Made by a program: the position numbers and the translations under genes. 64,000 nucleotides of DNA from Bacteroidota bacterium. GTDB lineage: Bacteria > Bacteroidota > Rhodothermia > Balneolales > HLUCCA01. This document shows, piece by piece, positions 29,745 through 39,435 of the stretch. The DNA lies in assembly GCA_020832235.1 (NCBI GenBank), contig JAFIEZ010000003.1:5165-69164 (forward strand), written 5' to 3'. Every line of letters begins with the position of its first letter. Position 1 is the stretch's first letter. Below the pieces are notes generated by a model, which worked only from the letters and a program-made list of their open reading frames with translations, was not told where the DNA came from and searched no databases.

Positions 29745-31985
29745 GTGGCAGATACCTTATCCATAAACTTCGATGAGCTCAAAAGCTATACTTTTGAACC
29801 CAAACAGCAACTCGAGCTTGACGAACTACTGCGTCAGTGCCACACGTATTTCGAAAAAACCGACGACGACCTCATTTACCGTGCATTTGCACTCAGCTAT
29901 CTGTCGCATAAAAATGGAACTCGCGCATCCGGTGAACCCTACTATCTCCATCCCCTCGAGGTAGCACATATCGTTATTAAGGAAATGTCACTGGATGATG
30001 TCTCCGTTGCTGCCGCTTTACTCCACGATACCGTAGAAGACACCTCCATCAGCCTGGATGAGATCCGACAGGAATTCGGTGATGTTGTAGCACACCTCAT
30101 CGACGGAATGACCAAAATTTCCGGTGTGCTCAAGAGTCGAGAGTCAAAGCAGGCCGAAACGTTCATGAAATTACTCATGAGCATGGCAGAAGACCTGCGT
30201 GTAGTGCTGATTAAATTCTCCGACAGGCTGCATAACATGCGAACCCTAAAGCATCTGCCGAAGGCCAAACAAATAAAAATTGCCACAGAAACATCGGAGC
30301 TTTATGCGCCACTGGCACATCGATTTGGGTTGTTTCGACTTAAAAGTGAGCTTGAAGACTTGTCTTTCCGAGCAATCGACTCTCAAGGGTACCGATTTAT
30401 CTCCAGGAAATTACGCGAGAAAAAAGATGCCCGCGAGAAGTTTATCGAAGAATTCATGCAGCCTATCCGCGATCAGCTTTATAAATCAGGATTCAATTTC
30501 GAAATAAAGGGAAGACCCAAGTCCATCTATTCCATATACCGAAAGATGGTCACGCAACAGAAGCCATTCGAAGACATCTATGACCTGTTCGCCATTCGTA
30601 TCATCCTGGATGAACCGCATGCCCGCGAAGACTGCTGGAGAGTATATTCTTACATTACCGATACCTATACCCCAATCCCCGAACGATTTCGCGATTTCTT
30701 GTCAGTACCTAAGGCAAATGGCTACCAATCGCTGCACACTACGGTGTTCTCCCGGACAGGCGTGAAAGTAGAAATTCAGATACGTACCCGCCAGATGGAT
30801 GAAATCGCAGAAAAAGGTCTCGCTGCCCACTGGAAGTACAAAGAAGGCTCAGATGGAAATAAATCCATCGATAGGTTTGTGCATTGGGTGCGGGATGTAC
30901 TCGACAATCCGCGTCCTGATGCTGCATCTGAATTCGTGCAGGACTTTACGCTCAATTTATTTCAGGATGAGATTTATATTTTCACTCCTAAAGGTCAGCT
31001 GATGACCCTCCCAAAAGGAGCAACGCCTATCGATTTCGCTTTTGAGGTACACAGCGAAGTAGGGGAACGTGCGCTCGCCGCCAAAGTGAATGGGAAAATG
31101 GTGCCCCTTCGACAAAAACTGCAAAGTGGCGATCAGGTTGAGATTATTACCGGAAAGAATTCGAATCTGAATCCCGACTGGATCAACGATGTGGTTACAC
31201 ATAAGGCTAAATCCCGCATCCGCCAGTTCATCAACATGAAGGAACGTAAGGGGATTGAAGAAGGGCGCGAAATATGGCAAAAGAAAGCCGGTAAACTCAA
31301 TCTCGAAATATCAGACCAGGACTTGGTGAAGGTGGCGAACAAGCTCAAATATCATAGTATGAACAAACTCTACTACGATATCTCACTTGGTGCTTTCGAT
31401 GTTAACAATCTTACAAAAGGAGTTAAAGACTTCCTGAGTAAAGGTAGAATAGAGGAGGAGAAGTCACGTCTAGAACGCATCAGTGACGAAGAAATGCATG
31501 ATCAGTACTACGACAGTGCGCGTACGGCAGGATCTATGCGAGGTCTATTGGTGAATGGTGACCTTACGGATGTAAAATATTCGTACTCGAAATGCTGCAA
31601 TCCCATACCCGGAGATGATGTTATTGGTTTTTTAAGCCGGAACGGAGATGTCAAAATTCATCGAACCAATTGCAATAATATTGGTTACCTGATTAAAAAT
31701 GATAGTGAGCGTGTTGTGGAAATCGGCTGGCCAAAAGCTATAACAGCACAGTTTATTGGCGCTGTAAGAATTATTGGTGAAGATCGGGTAGGTCTTGTAA
31801 ACGATATTACCAACCTCATCTCACAATCGCTTAAAACCAATATGAAAGGTATTAATGTGAATAGTGAAGAGGGGATGTTCGAAGGCACACTCATTATTTA
31901 TGTAGAAGATATTGCTCACCTTGAGCGGGTTATCAAAAGGATACTCAAAGTACCGGGTGTTAAACAGGCATATCGATTTGAATAA
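29745..31985 (+). CDS. relA: Bifunctional (p)ppGpp synthetase/hydrolase (RelA/SpoT homolog)
   Basis: RASGEPY, intact HD motif LLHDTVED, DRLHNMRT, GYQSLHT, EIQIRT, TGS domain, CCNPIPGD, C-terminal ACT domain. Confidence 0.93.
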   Translation: MADTLSINFDELKSYTFEPKQQLELDELLRQCHTYFEKTDDDLIYRAFALSYLSHKNGTRASGEPYYLHPLEVAHIVIKEMSLDDVSVAAALLHDTVEDTSISLDEIRQEFGDVVAHLIDGMTKISGVLKSRESKQAETFMKLLMSMAEDLRVVLIKFSDRLHNMRTLKHLPKAKQIKIATETSELYAPLAHRFGLFRLKSELEDLSFRAIDSQGYRFISRKLREKKDAREKFIEEFMQPIRDQLYKSGFNFEIKGRPKSIYSIYRKMVTQQKPFEDIYDLFAIRIILDEPHAREDCWRVYSYITDTYTPIPERFRDFLSVPKANGYQSLHTTVFSRTGVKVEIQIRTRQMDEIAEKGLAAHWKYKEGSDGNKSIDRFVHWVRDVLDNPRPDAASEFVQDFTLNLFQDEIYIFTPKGQLMTLPKGATPIDFAFEVHSEVGERALAAKVNGKMVPLRQKLQSGDQVEIITGKNSNLNPDWINDVVTHKAKSRIRQFINMKERKGIEEGREIWQKKAGKLNLEISDQDLVKVANKLKYHSMNKLYYDISLGAFDVNNLTKGVKDFLSKGRIEEEKSRLERISDEEMHDQYYDSARTAGSMRGLLVNGDLTDVKYSYSKCCNPIPGDDVIGFLSRNGDVKIHRTNCNNIGYLIKNDSERVVEIGWPKAITAQFIGAVRIIGEDRVGLVNDITNLISQSLKTNMKGINVNSEEGMFEGTLIIYVEDIAHLERVIKRILKVPGVKQAYRFE

Positions 31986-32175
31986 CAATTACAGTTTTTG
32001 ACTTTAGGTTAATTGAAACTTTGCCTAATTTTGAAAGCTAATAAAAACAGGCTATTACTTATTGAATAAAAGCTGGGCAGGGCACACGCAATTATGAGCT
32101 GATTCTTGTACTAAAAATCAGATCGTCTGCGTTTATACTATTATTGCCCAATCAAAGTTTACTTAAAGGAAAATT

Positions 32176-32496
32176 ATGACTTACACGAAACGCGATATTG
32201 TTCGCCGTATCTCCGAGCAGATGGAAGTACCTATGGTACAGGTAGAACCTTGGGTTGATGCTGTTATTACAAATCTAAGAGATACCATGATGGAAGCTAA
32301 CCCTACTTGCCGCATTGAAATACGGGATTTCGGGGTATTTGAAGTGAAATTGACTAAAGCTAAGCCTAAGGCTCGCAATCCTAAAACGAATGAAATTATT
32401 TATGTTCCTGAACACAGGAAGACACATTTCAAGCCAAGTAAATTGCTGAAAGAGTTTTTGCGCCAACCAATTGGTGAAAATGTTTCGCAGGAATGA
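32176..32496 (+). CDS. HU/IHF family DNA-binding protein
   Basis: IEIRDFGVF, ARNPKT and HFKPSK motifs. Confidence 0.9.
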   Translation: MTYTKRDIVRRISEQMEVPMVQVEPWVDAVITNLRDTMMEANPTCRIEIRDFGVFEVKLTKAKPKARNPKTNEIIYVPEHRKTHFKPSKLLKEFLRQPIGENVSQE

Positions 32497-32499
32497 CTT

Positions 32500-32919
32500 T
32501 TGATTTACACTAAACGTATCATAGGTGTTGATGTAGGAGTGAAACGGATCGGACTGGCACAGTCCGATCCAACCCGAACCATTGCCTCACCTGTGGGTAC
32601 TTTTTCAGAAGCGGATGTTTTAGTTCGTCTTAAAGAACAGAAACAGCAAATTGAACGTATTGTTGTAGGTTGGCCCATTTCAATGTTGGGACATGAGGGG
32701 AGCGCCACGCAGATGGTCGAAAAATTTCTTGTCAAACTAAAGAAATTAATTCCAGATATTCCTACAGAGCTGCTGGATGAACGATTTACATCCACACTGG
32801 CGAATCAATCCATCCGTGCCGCAGTTACGTCTAAAAAAAAACGTCAGAATAAAGGTCTTACCGATACCGTCGCTGCCGCCATTTTATTACAATCTTATTT
32901 AGATAAATCCAATCGTTAG
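32500..32919 (+). CDS. yqgF: YqgF/RuvX pre-16S rRNA nuclease
   Basis: GVDVGVKRIGLA, DERFTS and DTVAAAILLQSYL motifs. Confidence 0.9.
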   Translation: MIYTKRIIGVDVGVKRIGLAQSDPTRTIASPVGTFSEADVLVRLKEQKQQIERIVVGWPISMLGHEGSATQMVEKFLVKLKKLIPDIPTELLDERFTSTLANQSIRAAVTSKKKRQNKGLTDTVAAAILLQSYLDKSNR

Positions 32920-32922
32920 TCT

Positions 32923-33477
32923 ATGTCTGTGCTACCTATAGTTCTGTATAACGACCCGGTATTACGCGAAAAGGCAACACCGGTTAAATCAGACTCAAAA
33001 GAAATTCAAACACTCATCGACGATATGTTTGATACCATGTATGAGGCCAGTGGCGTTGGTTTGGCTGCTCCACAAATAGGCAAATCGCTGCGTTTATTCG
33101 TAGTTGATGCTGATATCATGGTTGAAGATACTGATGAGGACCCCTTTGGTCCTATGGTTTTTATTAATCCGGAAATCTTGGCAAGCGACGATAATAAAGT
33201 CGTTATTGAGGAAGGGTGTTTGAGCCTGCCCGAATTACGCGAAACGGTAGCACGTCCCGACGAAATAACCATCCGATTTTTGGATCGAGAATTTAAAGAA
33301 CACCAAAAAACATTTACAGGATGGATGTCTCGTGTTATTCAACATGAATACGATCATCTGGAGGGTATATTGTTTTTCGATTACCTTGGATCATTCAAAA
33401 AACGTCTAATTGCCCGTCGTCTCCAGCTCATTGATGAGGGTCAGGTTGAAACGGAATATCCGATACGAGAACGATAA
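32923..33477 (+). CDS. def: Peptide deformylase
   Basis: GVGLAAPQIG, EGCLS and QHEYDHLEG motifs. Confidence 0.95.
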   Translation: MSVLPIVLYNDPVLREKATPVKSDSKEIQTLIDDMFDTMYEASGVGLAAPQIGKSLRLFVVDADIMVEDTDEDPFGPMVFINPEILASDDNKVVIEEGCLSLPELRETVARPDEITIRFLDREFKEHQKTFTGWMSRVIQHEYDHLEGILFFDYLGSFKKRLIARRLQLIDEGQVETEYPIRER

Positions 33478-33489
33478 CCAAGGGACTGA

Positions 33490-34416
33490 ATGAGAATTGT
33501 TTTCATGGGAAGTCCGGATTTTGCCGTAAGCTCACTAGAGCTTCTGATGAAGTCTGGTCACGATATCGTTGCGGTGGTTACAGGACCTGATAAAAAAAGA
33601 GGGCGAGGCTCTTCGCTTTCTCCCACTCCTGTAAAGGCCTTCGCCCAGAAACACGATACTCATGTGATAGAAACAGACGACCTTCGCTCAGTTGATTTCA
33701 TAAAGGAGTTGAAGGATTTAAAGGCTGATCTTTTTGTCGTGGTTGCCTTCCGGGTTTTACCCGCAATTGTGCTCAAAATTCCGACGATTGGTTCGATTAA
33801 TCTGCATGCCTCATTGTTGCCAGCGTATCGCGGAGCAGCTCCTATTCATCGGGCTGTCATGAACGGAGAGTGCGAAACCGGATTAACGGTGTTCTTTCTG
33901 GATGAACGTGTGGATACCGGGAGGTATCTGATGCAAAAACGTATCCAAATCGGATCTGATGAAACTACCGGTGAACTCTACGAACGTATGATGGTTGCCG
34001 GAGCTGAAGTATTGGAAGAGTCAATACGTATAATAGCTACAGGAAACTACGCAACAATTCCTCAAGACGATAGCAAAGCGACGACAGCTCCCAAATTATT
34101 CCCGGAAGATTGTCGTATTGATTTCAGCAAACCTGCCGTTGATGTACACAATCAGATACGTGGTTTATCTCCATTTCCGTGTGCATTCACATTTGTAGAC
34201 AAAAAACGATTAAAGGTCTACCGTTCTGCACCCGGACCTTCCCTTGAATTACCCGACAATCAGCTGGTGCCCTATGAAGGAAAACTCCTTGTTTCTTGTA
34301 GAGATAAGACGACAGTGGAGTTGTTGGAAGTGCAAATGGAGGGGAAAAAGCCGGCTTCTGGTTATGCTTTCTGGAACGGATATCAGGGTCAGGGAAGAAT
34401 ATCTCAGGATTCTTAA
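33490..34416 (+). CDS. fmt: Methionyl-tRNA formyltransferase
   Basis: VFMGSPDFA and NLHASLLPAYRGAAPI motifs; follows def. Confidence 0.95.
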   Translation: MRIVFMGSPDFAVSSLELLMKSGHDIVAVVTGPDKKRGRGSSLSPTPVKAFAQKHDTHVIETDDLRSVDFIKELKDLKADLFVVVAFRVLPAIVLKIPTIGSINLHASLLPAYRGAAPIHRAVMNGECETGLTVFFLDERVDTGRYLMQKRIQIGSDETTGELYERMMVAGAEVLEESIRIIATGNYATIPQDDSKATTAPKLFPEDCRIDFSKPAVDVHNQIRGLSPFPCAFTFVDKKRLKVYRSAPGPSLELPDNQLVPYEGKLLVSCRDKTTVELLEVQMEGKKPASGYAFWNGYQGQGRISQDS

Positions 34417-34542
34417 AAATGGTTATTATGACCATTCGAAATTCTCTATATTTGTGCTCAATCTGATAAACTGAAAATGTGTCTGAACGGACGTTCAAGG
34501 TTTGTCTATGTAATCTGAACTGCGCATTCAACTCATTCTGAA

Positions 34543-35253
34543 ATGGAACTATCTGACTTTATACAAGCAGCATTTGACGGAAATCTTGAAGAGGTAAAGA
34601 GACTTCTGTCTGCTGGTGCAGATATCAACGAAACGGCCAAAAATGGTTCTACTGCACTGATTTTTGCTTCCCAAAACGATCATACAGAGGTTGTGAAATA
34701 CCTGGTGAATAATGGTGCGGATGTAAATCTGAAAAACAAAGTAGGCGGAACAGCACTCAATCGCGCAGCGGATAACGGCAATGTTGCACTGATGAAGTTT
34801 CTGTTGGAAAATGGATGTGAAATTGGTCCTTTAGTGCTCAATATCGCTGCAAGAGGTGGGGTATTGGCTGTTGTTAAGCTGCTCGTAGAGCATGGAGCTG
34901 ATGTCAATACCGCATCTAACTGGGGACATACTCCGCTAATGTTGGCGGCAAAAGAAGGGCATGCAGATATTGTACGATTTCTAATACACAAAGGGGCCGA
35001 TGTTCGCGCGCGAGACAAAAATGGCGACACCGCACTGAACCTTGCCAATGAGAATGATCAGCTTGAGGTTGCTATGCTGCTCAAAAGAGCGGGCGCTACC
35101 GAAGAAAAGGCAAAAAAGAAAGTTGTGGCTCCACCTCCGCCTGACGATGACGACGATGATGTTGATGATGATGTTGATGATGATGTTGATGATTCACAAG
35201 ACACCAGTGACAATATATCACCAGATGATCTTTCAGAAGAGGATATTAACTAA
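34543..35253 (+). CDS. Ankyrin-repeat protein with acidic tail
   Basis: About 5-6 ankyrin repeats (GxTAL/TPLxxA...GADVN); TATATTTG upstream at 34447-34454. Confidence 0.88.
   Translation: MELSDFIQAAFDGNLEEVKRLLSAGADINETAKNGSTALIFASQNDHTEVVKYLVNNGADVNLKNKVGGTALNRAADNGNVALMKFLLENGCEIGPLVLNIAARGGVLAVVKLLVEHGADVNTASNWGHTPLMLAAKEGHADIVRFLIHKGADVRARDKNGDTALNLANENDQLEVAMLLKRAGATEEKAKKKVVAPPPPDDDDDDVDDDVDDDVDDSQDTSDNISPDDLSEEDIN
35155..35193 (+). repeat. 12-bp coding tandem repeat (GATGATGTTGAT)x3
   Basis: Exact units at 35155, 35167 and 35179 encoding DDVD. Confidence 0.85.
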
Positions 35254-35255
35254 GG

Positions 35256-35286
35256 AAAAAGGAGGGGCAAAACCCCTCCTTTTTTT
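35256..35286. terminator. Bidirectional terminator
   Basis: AAAAAGGAGGGG...CCCCTCCTTTTTTT. Confidence 0.8.
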
Positions 35287-35288
35287 AT

Positions 35289-36890
35289 CTAGTTACTTTT
35301 ACTGTAGCTGAAACCCAGTACCTGTGTATCTCCATACAACGGTCTCTCGGTAAGTGATTTAGCTTGTAAAAAGCACAGCAGATAGTCGCGTCCACCCGCT
35401 TTTGAATCTGTACCGCTCAAATTGAATCCACCGAATGGTTGTGCTCCAACCAATGCACCGGTGTTTTTTCTGTTTATATACAGATTGCCAACATGAAACT
35501 CCCGCAAAGCCCGATCAATATGGGATTTATTTTTTGAAAAAAATCCACCAGTAAGCCCGAATTGGGTAGAATTTGCGATATCGAATGCATCGTCGAGGTC
35601 TTTCGCTTTTATGAAAGCTGTGACGGGTCCGAAAATTTCCTCCTGAGCAATTCGAGCGTCGCGGGGAACATCAGCAAATATAGTTGGCTCAATATAATAA
35701 CCATGTACTCCCGTTTCAGCGCGTTTACCACCCAGAACCAATCTGCCCTCTGATTTTCCAATCTCGATGTAGCCCATAATTTTATCAACCGCTTTCTGGT
35801 TAATAACAGGACCAATGGGGGCATTGGTTTTCACATCACCTACCTGGAGTGCAGACGCTAATTTCAAGGTTTTCTCAAGCAGCTCGTCATATACGGCTTC
35901 ATGTACAATTACACGGGAGGCTGCGGAGCATTTTTGCCCTTGAAAACCGAAGGCTCCTTTAACGATTTCGTTGGCTGCCTCATCAACGTTGGCGTCCTCA
36001 TCCACAACAATTGCATTTTTCCCACCTAATTCAGTGAACACTCGTTTAATGAACCTGTTACCGGGGTCACGTTTAGCTGCAATTTCGGTTATATGTTGAC
36101 CTACTCCCAATGATCCAGTGAAATTAATGAAACGTGTGTCTTTGGAGGCTGTCAAGGTTTCTCCGACTTCTAGATTATCGCCGGTTACAAAATTGAATAC
36201 ACCGGGTGGGAGTCCAGCTTCCTCAAATATTTCCGCAATAATCCAGCCCATCATCGGTGTGTCGGGCGCAGGTTTTGCAACAACAGTATTCCCGGCCACG
36301 ATCGGAGCTGCCGCCATACCCAAACAAATTGCGAACGGGAAATTCCAGGGAGAAATTGAAACACCAGCACCTAATGGAACATAAATGGTTCGGTTAACAT
36401 CGCCTCCTGTATTTTCAACAACATCCATTCCTTTGTCGTATCGCAGGGCTTCATGGGCGTAGTATTCAAGGAAGTCAATACCTTCGGCTGTATCCGCATC
36501 TGCCTCAGCAAAGTTCTTGCCTGCCTCAGATATCATCCATGCATTAATTTCAAGTCGTCTGCGACGCGCTATATCGGCTGCCTTAAACAGATATGCAGCT
36601 CGTTTCTCTGCCGATACATATTGCCATGACTCAAATGCCTGCCAGGCAGCATCCAAGGCTTCGAGAGCCTGAGCCTTACTGGCCGATTCAAAAATGCCTA
36701 CTACTTCATCTGTATTAGAAGGATTGATACTTGGAAACGATTCTTTTTCACCTTGAGTGCGTTTGCCGTTTATATATAATGGATACGAATTGCCGAATGC
36801 TTTTCTAACCGTATCTAAAGCGGCTTTTTGTGCTGTTTCGTACGTTGGATTGTTGAAGTCCAGATAACTTTCAATGGTATATGGTTTCAT
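35289..36890 (-). CDS. pruA: Delta-1-pyrroline-5-carboxylate (L-glutamate gamma-semialdehyde) dehydrogenase
   Basis: ALDH motifs ISPWNFP, FTGS, ELGGKN, GQKCSA and EEIFGP; GNLYINR...QPFGGFNLSGTDSKAGG typical of RocA/PruA. Confidence 0.88.
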   Translation of the reverse strand: MKPYTIESYLDFNNPTYETAQKAALDTVRKAFGNSYPLYINGKRTQGEKESFPSINPSNTDEVVGIFESASKAQALEALDAAWQAFESWQYVSAEKRAAYLFKAADIARRRRLEINAWMISEAGKNFAEADADTAEGIDFLEYYAHEALRYDKGMDVVENTGGDVNRTIYVPLGAGVSISPWNFPFAICLGMAAAPIVAGNTVVAKPAPDTPMMGWIIAEIFEEAGLPPGVFNFVTGDNLEVGETLTASKDTRFINFTGSLGVGQHITEIAAKRDPGNRFIKRVFTELGGKNAIVVDEDANVDEAANEIVKGAFGFQGQKCSAASRVIVHEAVYDELLEKTLKLASALQVGDVKTNAPIGPVINQKAVDKIMGYIEIGKSEGRLVLGGKRAETGVHGYYIEPTIFADVPRDARIAQEEIFGPVTAFIKAKDLDDAFDIANSTQFGLTGGFFSKNKSHIDRALREFHVGNLYINRKNTGALVGAQPFGGFNLSGTDSKAGGRDYLLCFLQAKSLTERPLYGDTQVLGFSYSKSN

Positions 36891-37050
36891 AATAAATCAT
36901 TTGTTAATAACTCACGCAAGAAGATACAAAAGGGAGGGCTTCCACACAGTTTAAACCTTGTAAGTCATCTAGTTTTTCTTGAAGATGGCCCGTATAAAGA
37001 GTAAATTATACAGTTACAAAAAAGGGTTATTCAAACCCGCTAACAGATAA

Positions 37051-38154
<1,104 letters not shown>

Positions 38155-38180
38155 TAAACCTCGTATTCAGCAGATATAGC

Positions 38181-38217
38181 AAAAAGGCAGCAGGAAATGA
38201 GTTCCTGGCTGCCTTTT
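38181..38217 (+). terminator. Intrinsic terminator after gap
   Basis: AAAAGGCAGCAGGAA...TTCCTGGCTGCCTTTT. Confidence 0.75.
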
Positions 38218-38332
38218 GCTTTTAAAATAAGGTATATTTGTGCCGATGGTTACTTGCGCAAGTATGAACCGAATGTAAGTGAAGGCTGCCGATTTCCCAA
38301 TAGCAGACCTTTTTTCATTCAATAAAATCCGT

Positions 38333-38716
38333 ATGAAAAAGCCTATATTTTTATTAGTAGAGGATATTTTAGTGAATAGATTGCTTTTGAAAAAGCTCAT
38401 CACTATGGAATATCCTGAAGCTGAAGTTCTTGAGGCCGAAAATGGTCAGCAGGCATTGGGTATGCTCGATTCTACTTTGCCGGATATGATATTCATGGAT
38501 ATTCAGATGCCAGTAATGGGTGGAGTTGAAGCAACTATTGAAATCAGAAAACGCACTAAGGCAGAAAAAGCACCTATAATCGCACTCACAGCTGGTATAC
38601 TTGCTGATGAGAGAAAAACAAGTTTAAACGCGGGTATGAATGACTACCTTGTCAAACCCGTATCGCAGCAAGATCTCAAAACTGTTTTTAAAAAGTATCT
38701 GAGCACAAATGATTAA
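38333..38716 (+). CDS. Stand-alone response regulator receiver (CheY-like)
   Basis: LLVED, FMDIQMP, IIALTA and YLVKP motifs; TATATTTG upstream at 38233-38240. Confidence 0.85.
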   Translation: MKKPIFLLVEDILVNRLLLKKLITMEYPEAEVLEAENGQQALGMLDSTLPDMIFMDIQMPVMGGVEATIEIRKRTKAEKAPIIALTAGILADERKTSLNAGMNDYLVKPVSQQDLKTVFKKYLSTND

Positions 38717-39056
38717 TTTTCAAAAATCGGACGGTCTTGTTCCAGTAATTGTTCAAGATGCTCAAAGTTTACAGGTTTTGATGTTAGGTTATGCTAACCG
38801 GGAAGCGTGGAATAAAACATTGGAAACCAGGCATGTTACTTTCTGGAGCCGGTCGCGCAAGGCATTATGGACAAAAGGTGAAACCTCCGGCAATTATCTT
38901 CATATGGTCGATTACTTTATTGACTGTGATAATGATACGGTGCTGATTCTGGCGAATCCTATAGGGCCAACCTGCCACCGTGGTACCCGTACTTGTTTTG
39001 ATGTAATTGGTGAGGAAGGTACCATTCTAAAAACACCACCGCACCAATCAGAATAG
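38709..39056 (+). CDS. hisI: Phosphoribosyl-AMP cyclohydrolase
   Basis: GLVPVIVQD, LWTKGETSGN, DCDNDT and PTCHRG motifs. Confidence 0.93.
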   Translation: MINFQKSDGLVPVIVQDAQSLQVLMLGYANREAWNKTLETRHVTFWSRSRKALWTKGETSGNYLHMVDYFIDCDNDTVLILANPIGPTCHRGTRTCFDVIGEEGTILKTPPHQSE

Positions 39057-39080
39057 ATTAATTAAATTTTCCCATACAAC

Positions 39081-39371
39081 ATGAATACAGAAAGAATTGG
39101 ATTTCTCAGTGAGCTTCAAGACGTACTCAATCAGCGTAAAGCCGATCGTCCTGAGGGTTCATATACCACTCGGTTATTTGATAAAGGAACCGATAAGATT
39201 GCTCAAAAGGTTGGAGAGGAGGCCGTTGAAACTGTAATCGCCGCCAAAAACAACAATGAAGAGCTCCGTTATGAGGCCTCTGACCTTCTCTTCCACCTGA
39301 TGGTACTACTCACCGATAAAGGAATGCGTATAGAGGATTTGGTTGAAGAGCTTAAATCCAGGCATAAATAA
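39081..39371 (+). CDS. hisE: Phosphoribosyl-ATP diphosphatase
   Basis: SYTTRLF, KVGEEAVE and EASDLLFH motifs. Confidence 0.93.
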   Translation: MNTERIGFLSELQDVLNQRKADRPEGSYTTRLFDKGTDKIAQKVGEEAVETVIAAKNNNEELRYEASDLLFHLMVLLTDKGMRIEDLVEELKSRHK

Positions 39372-39374
39372 CAC

Positions 39375-39415
39375 AAAAATAGCCCTGTACCTCTAAGGTG
39401 CAGGGCTATTTTTTT
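39375..39415. terminator. Bidirectional terminator
   Basis: AAAAATAGCCCTGTACC...GGTGCAGGGCTATTTTTTT. Confidence 0.8.
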
Positions 39416-39435
39416 GCAACCGTATGATGATTTAA

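Noticed and set aside
35143-35193. Tandem repeat as a CRISPR array or mobile-element remnant
   Set aside because: It is an in-frame Asp-rich coding microsatellite with no spacers or cas genes.
39054-39080. Stop-codon readthrough or sequencing error joining hisI and hisE
   Set aside because: Two in-frame stops and an AT-rich spacer with its own ATG.
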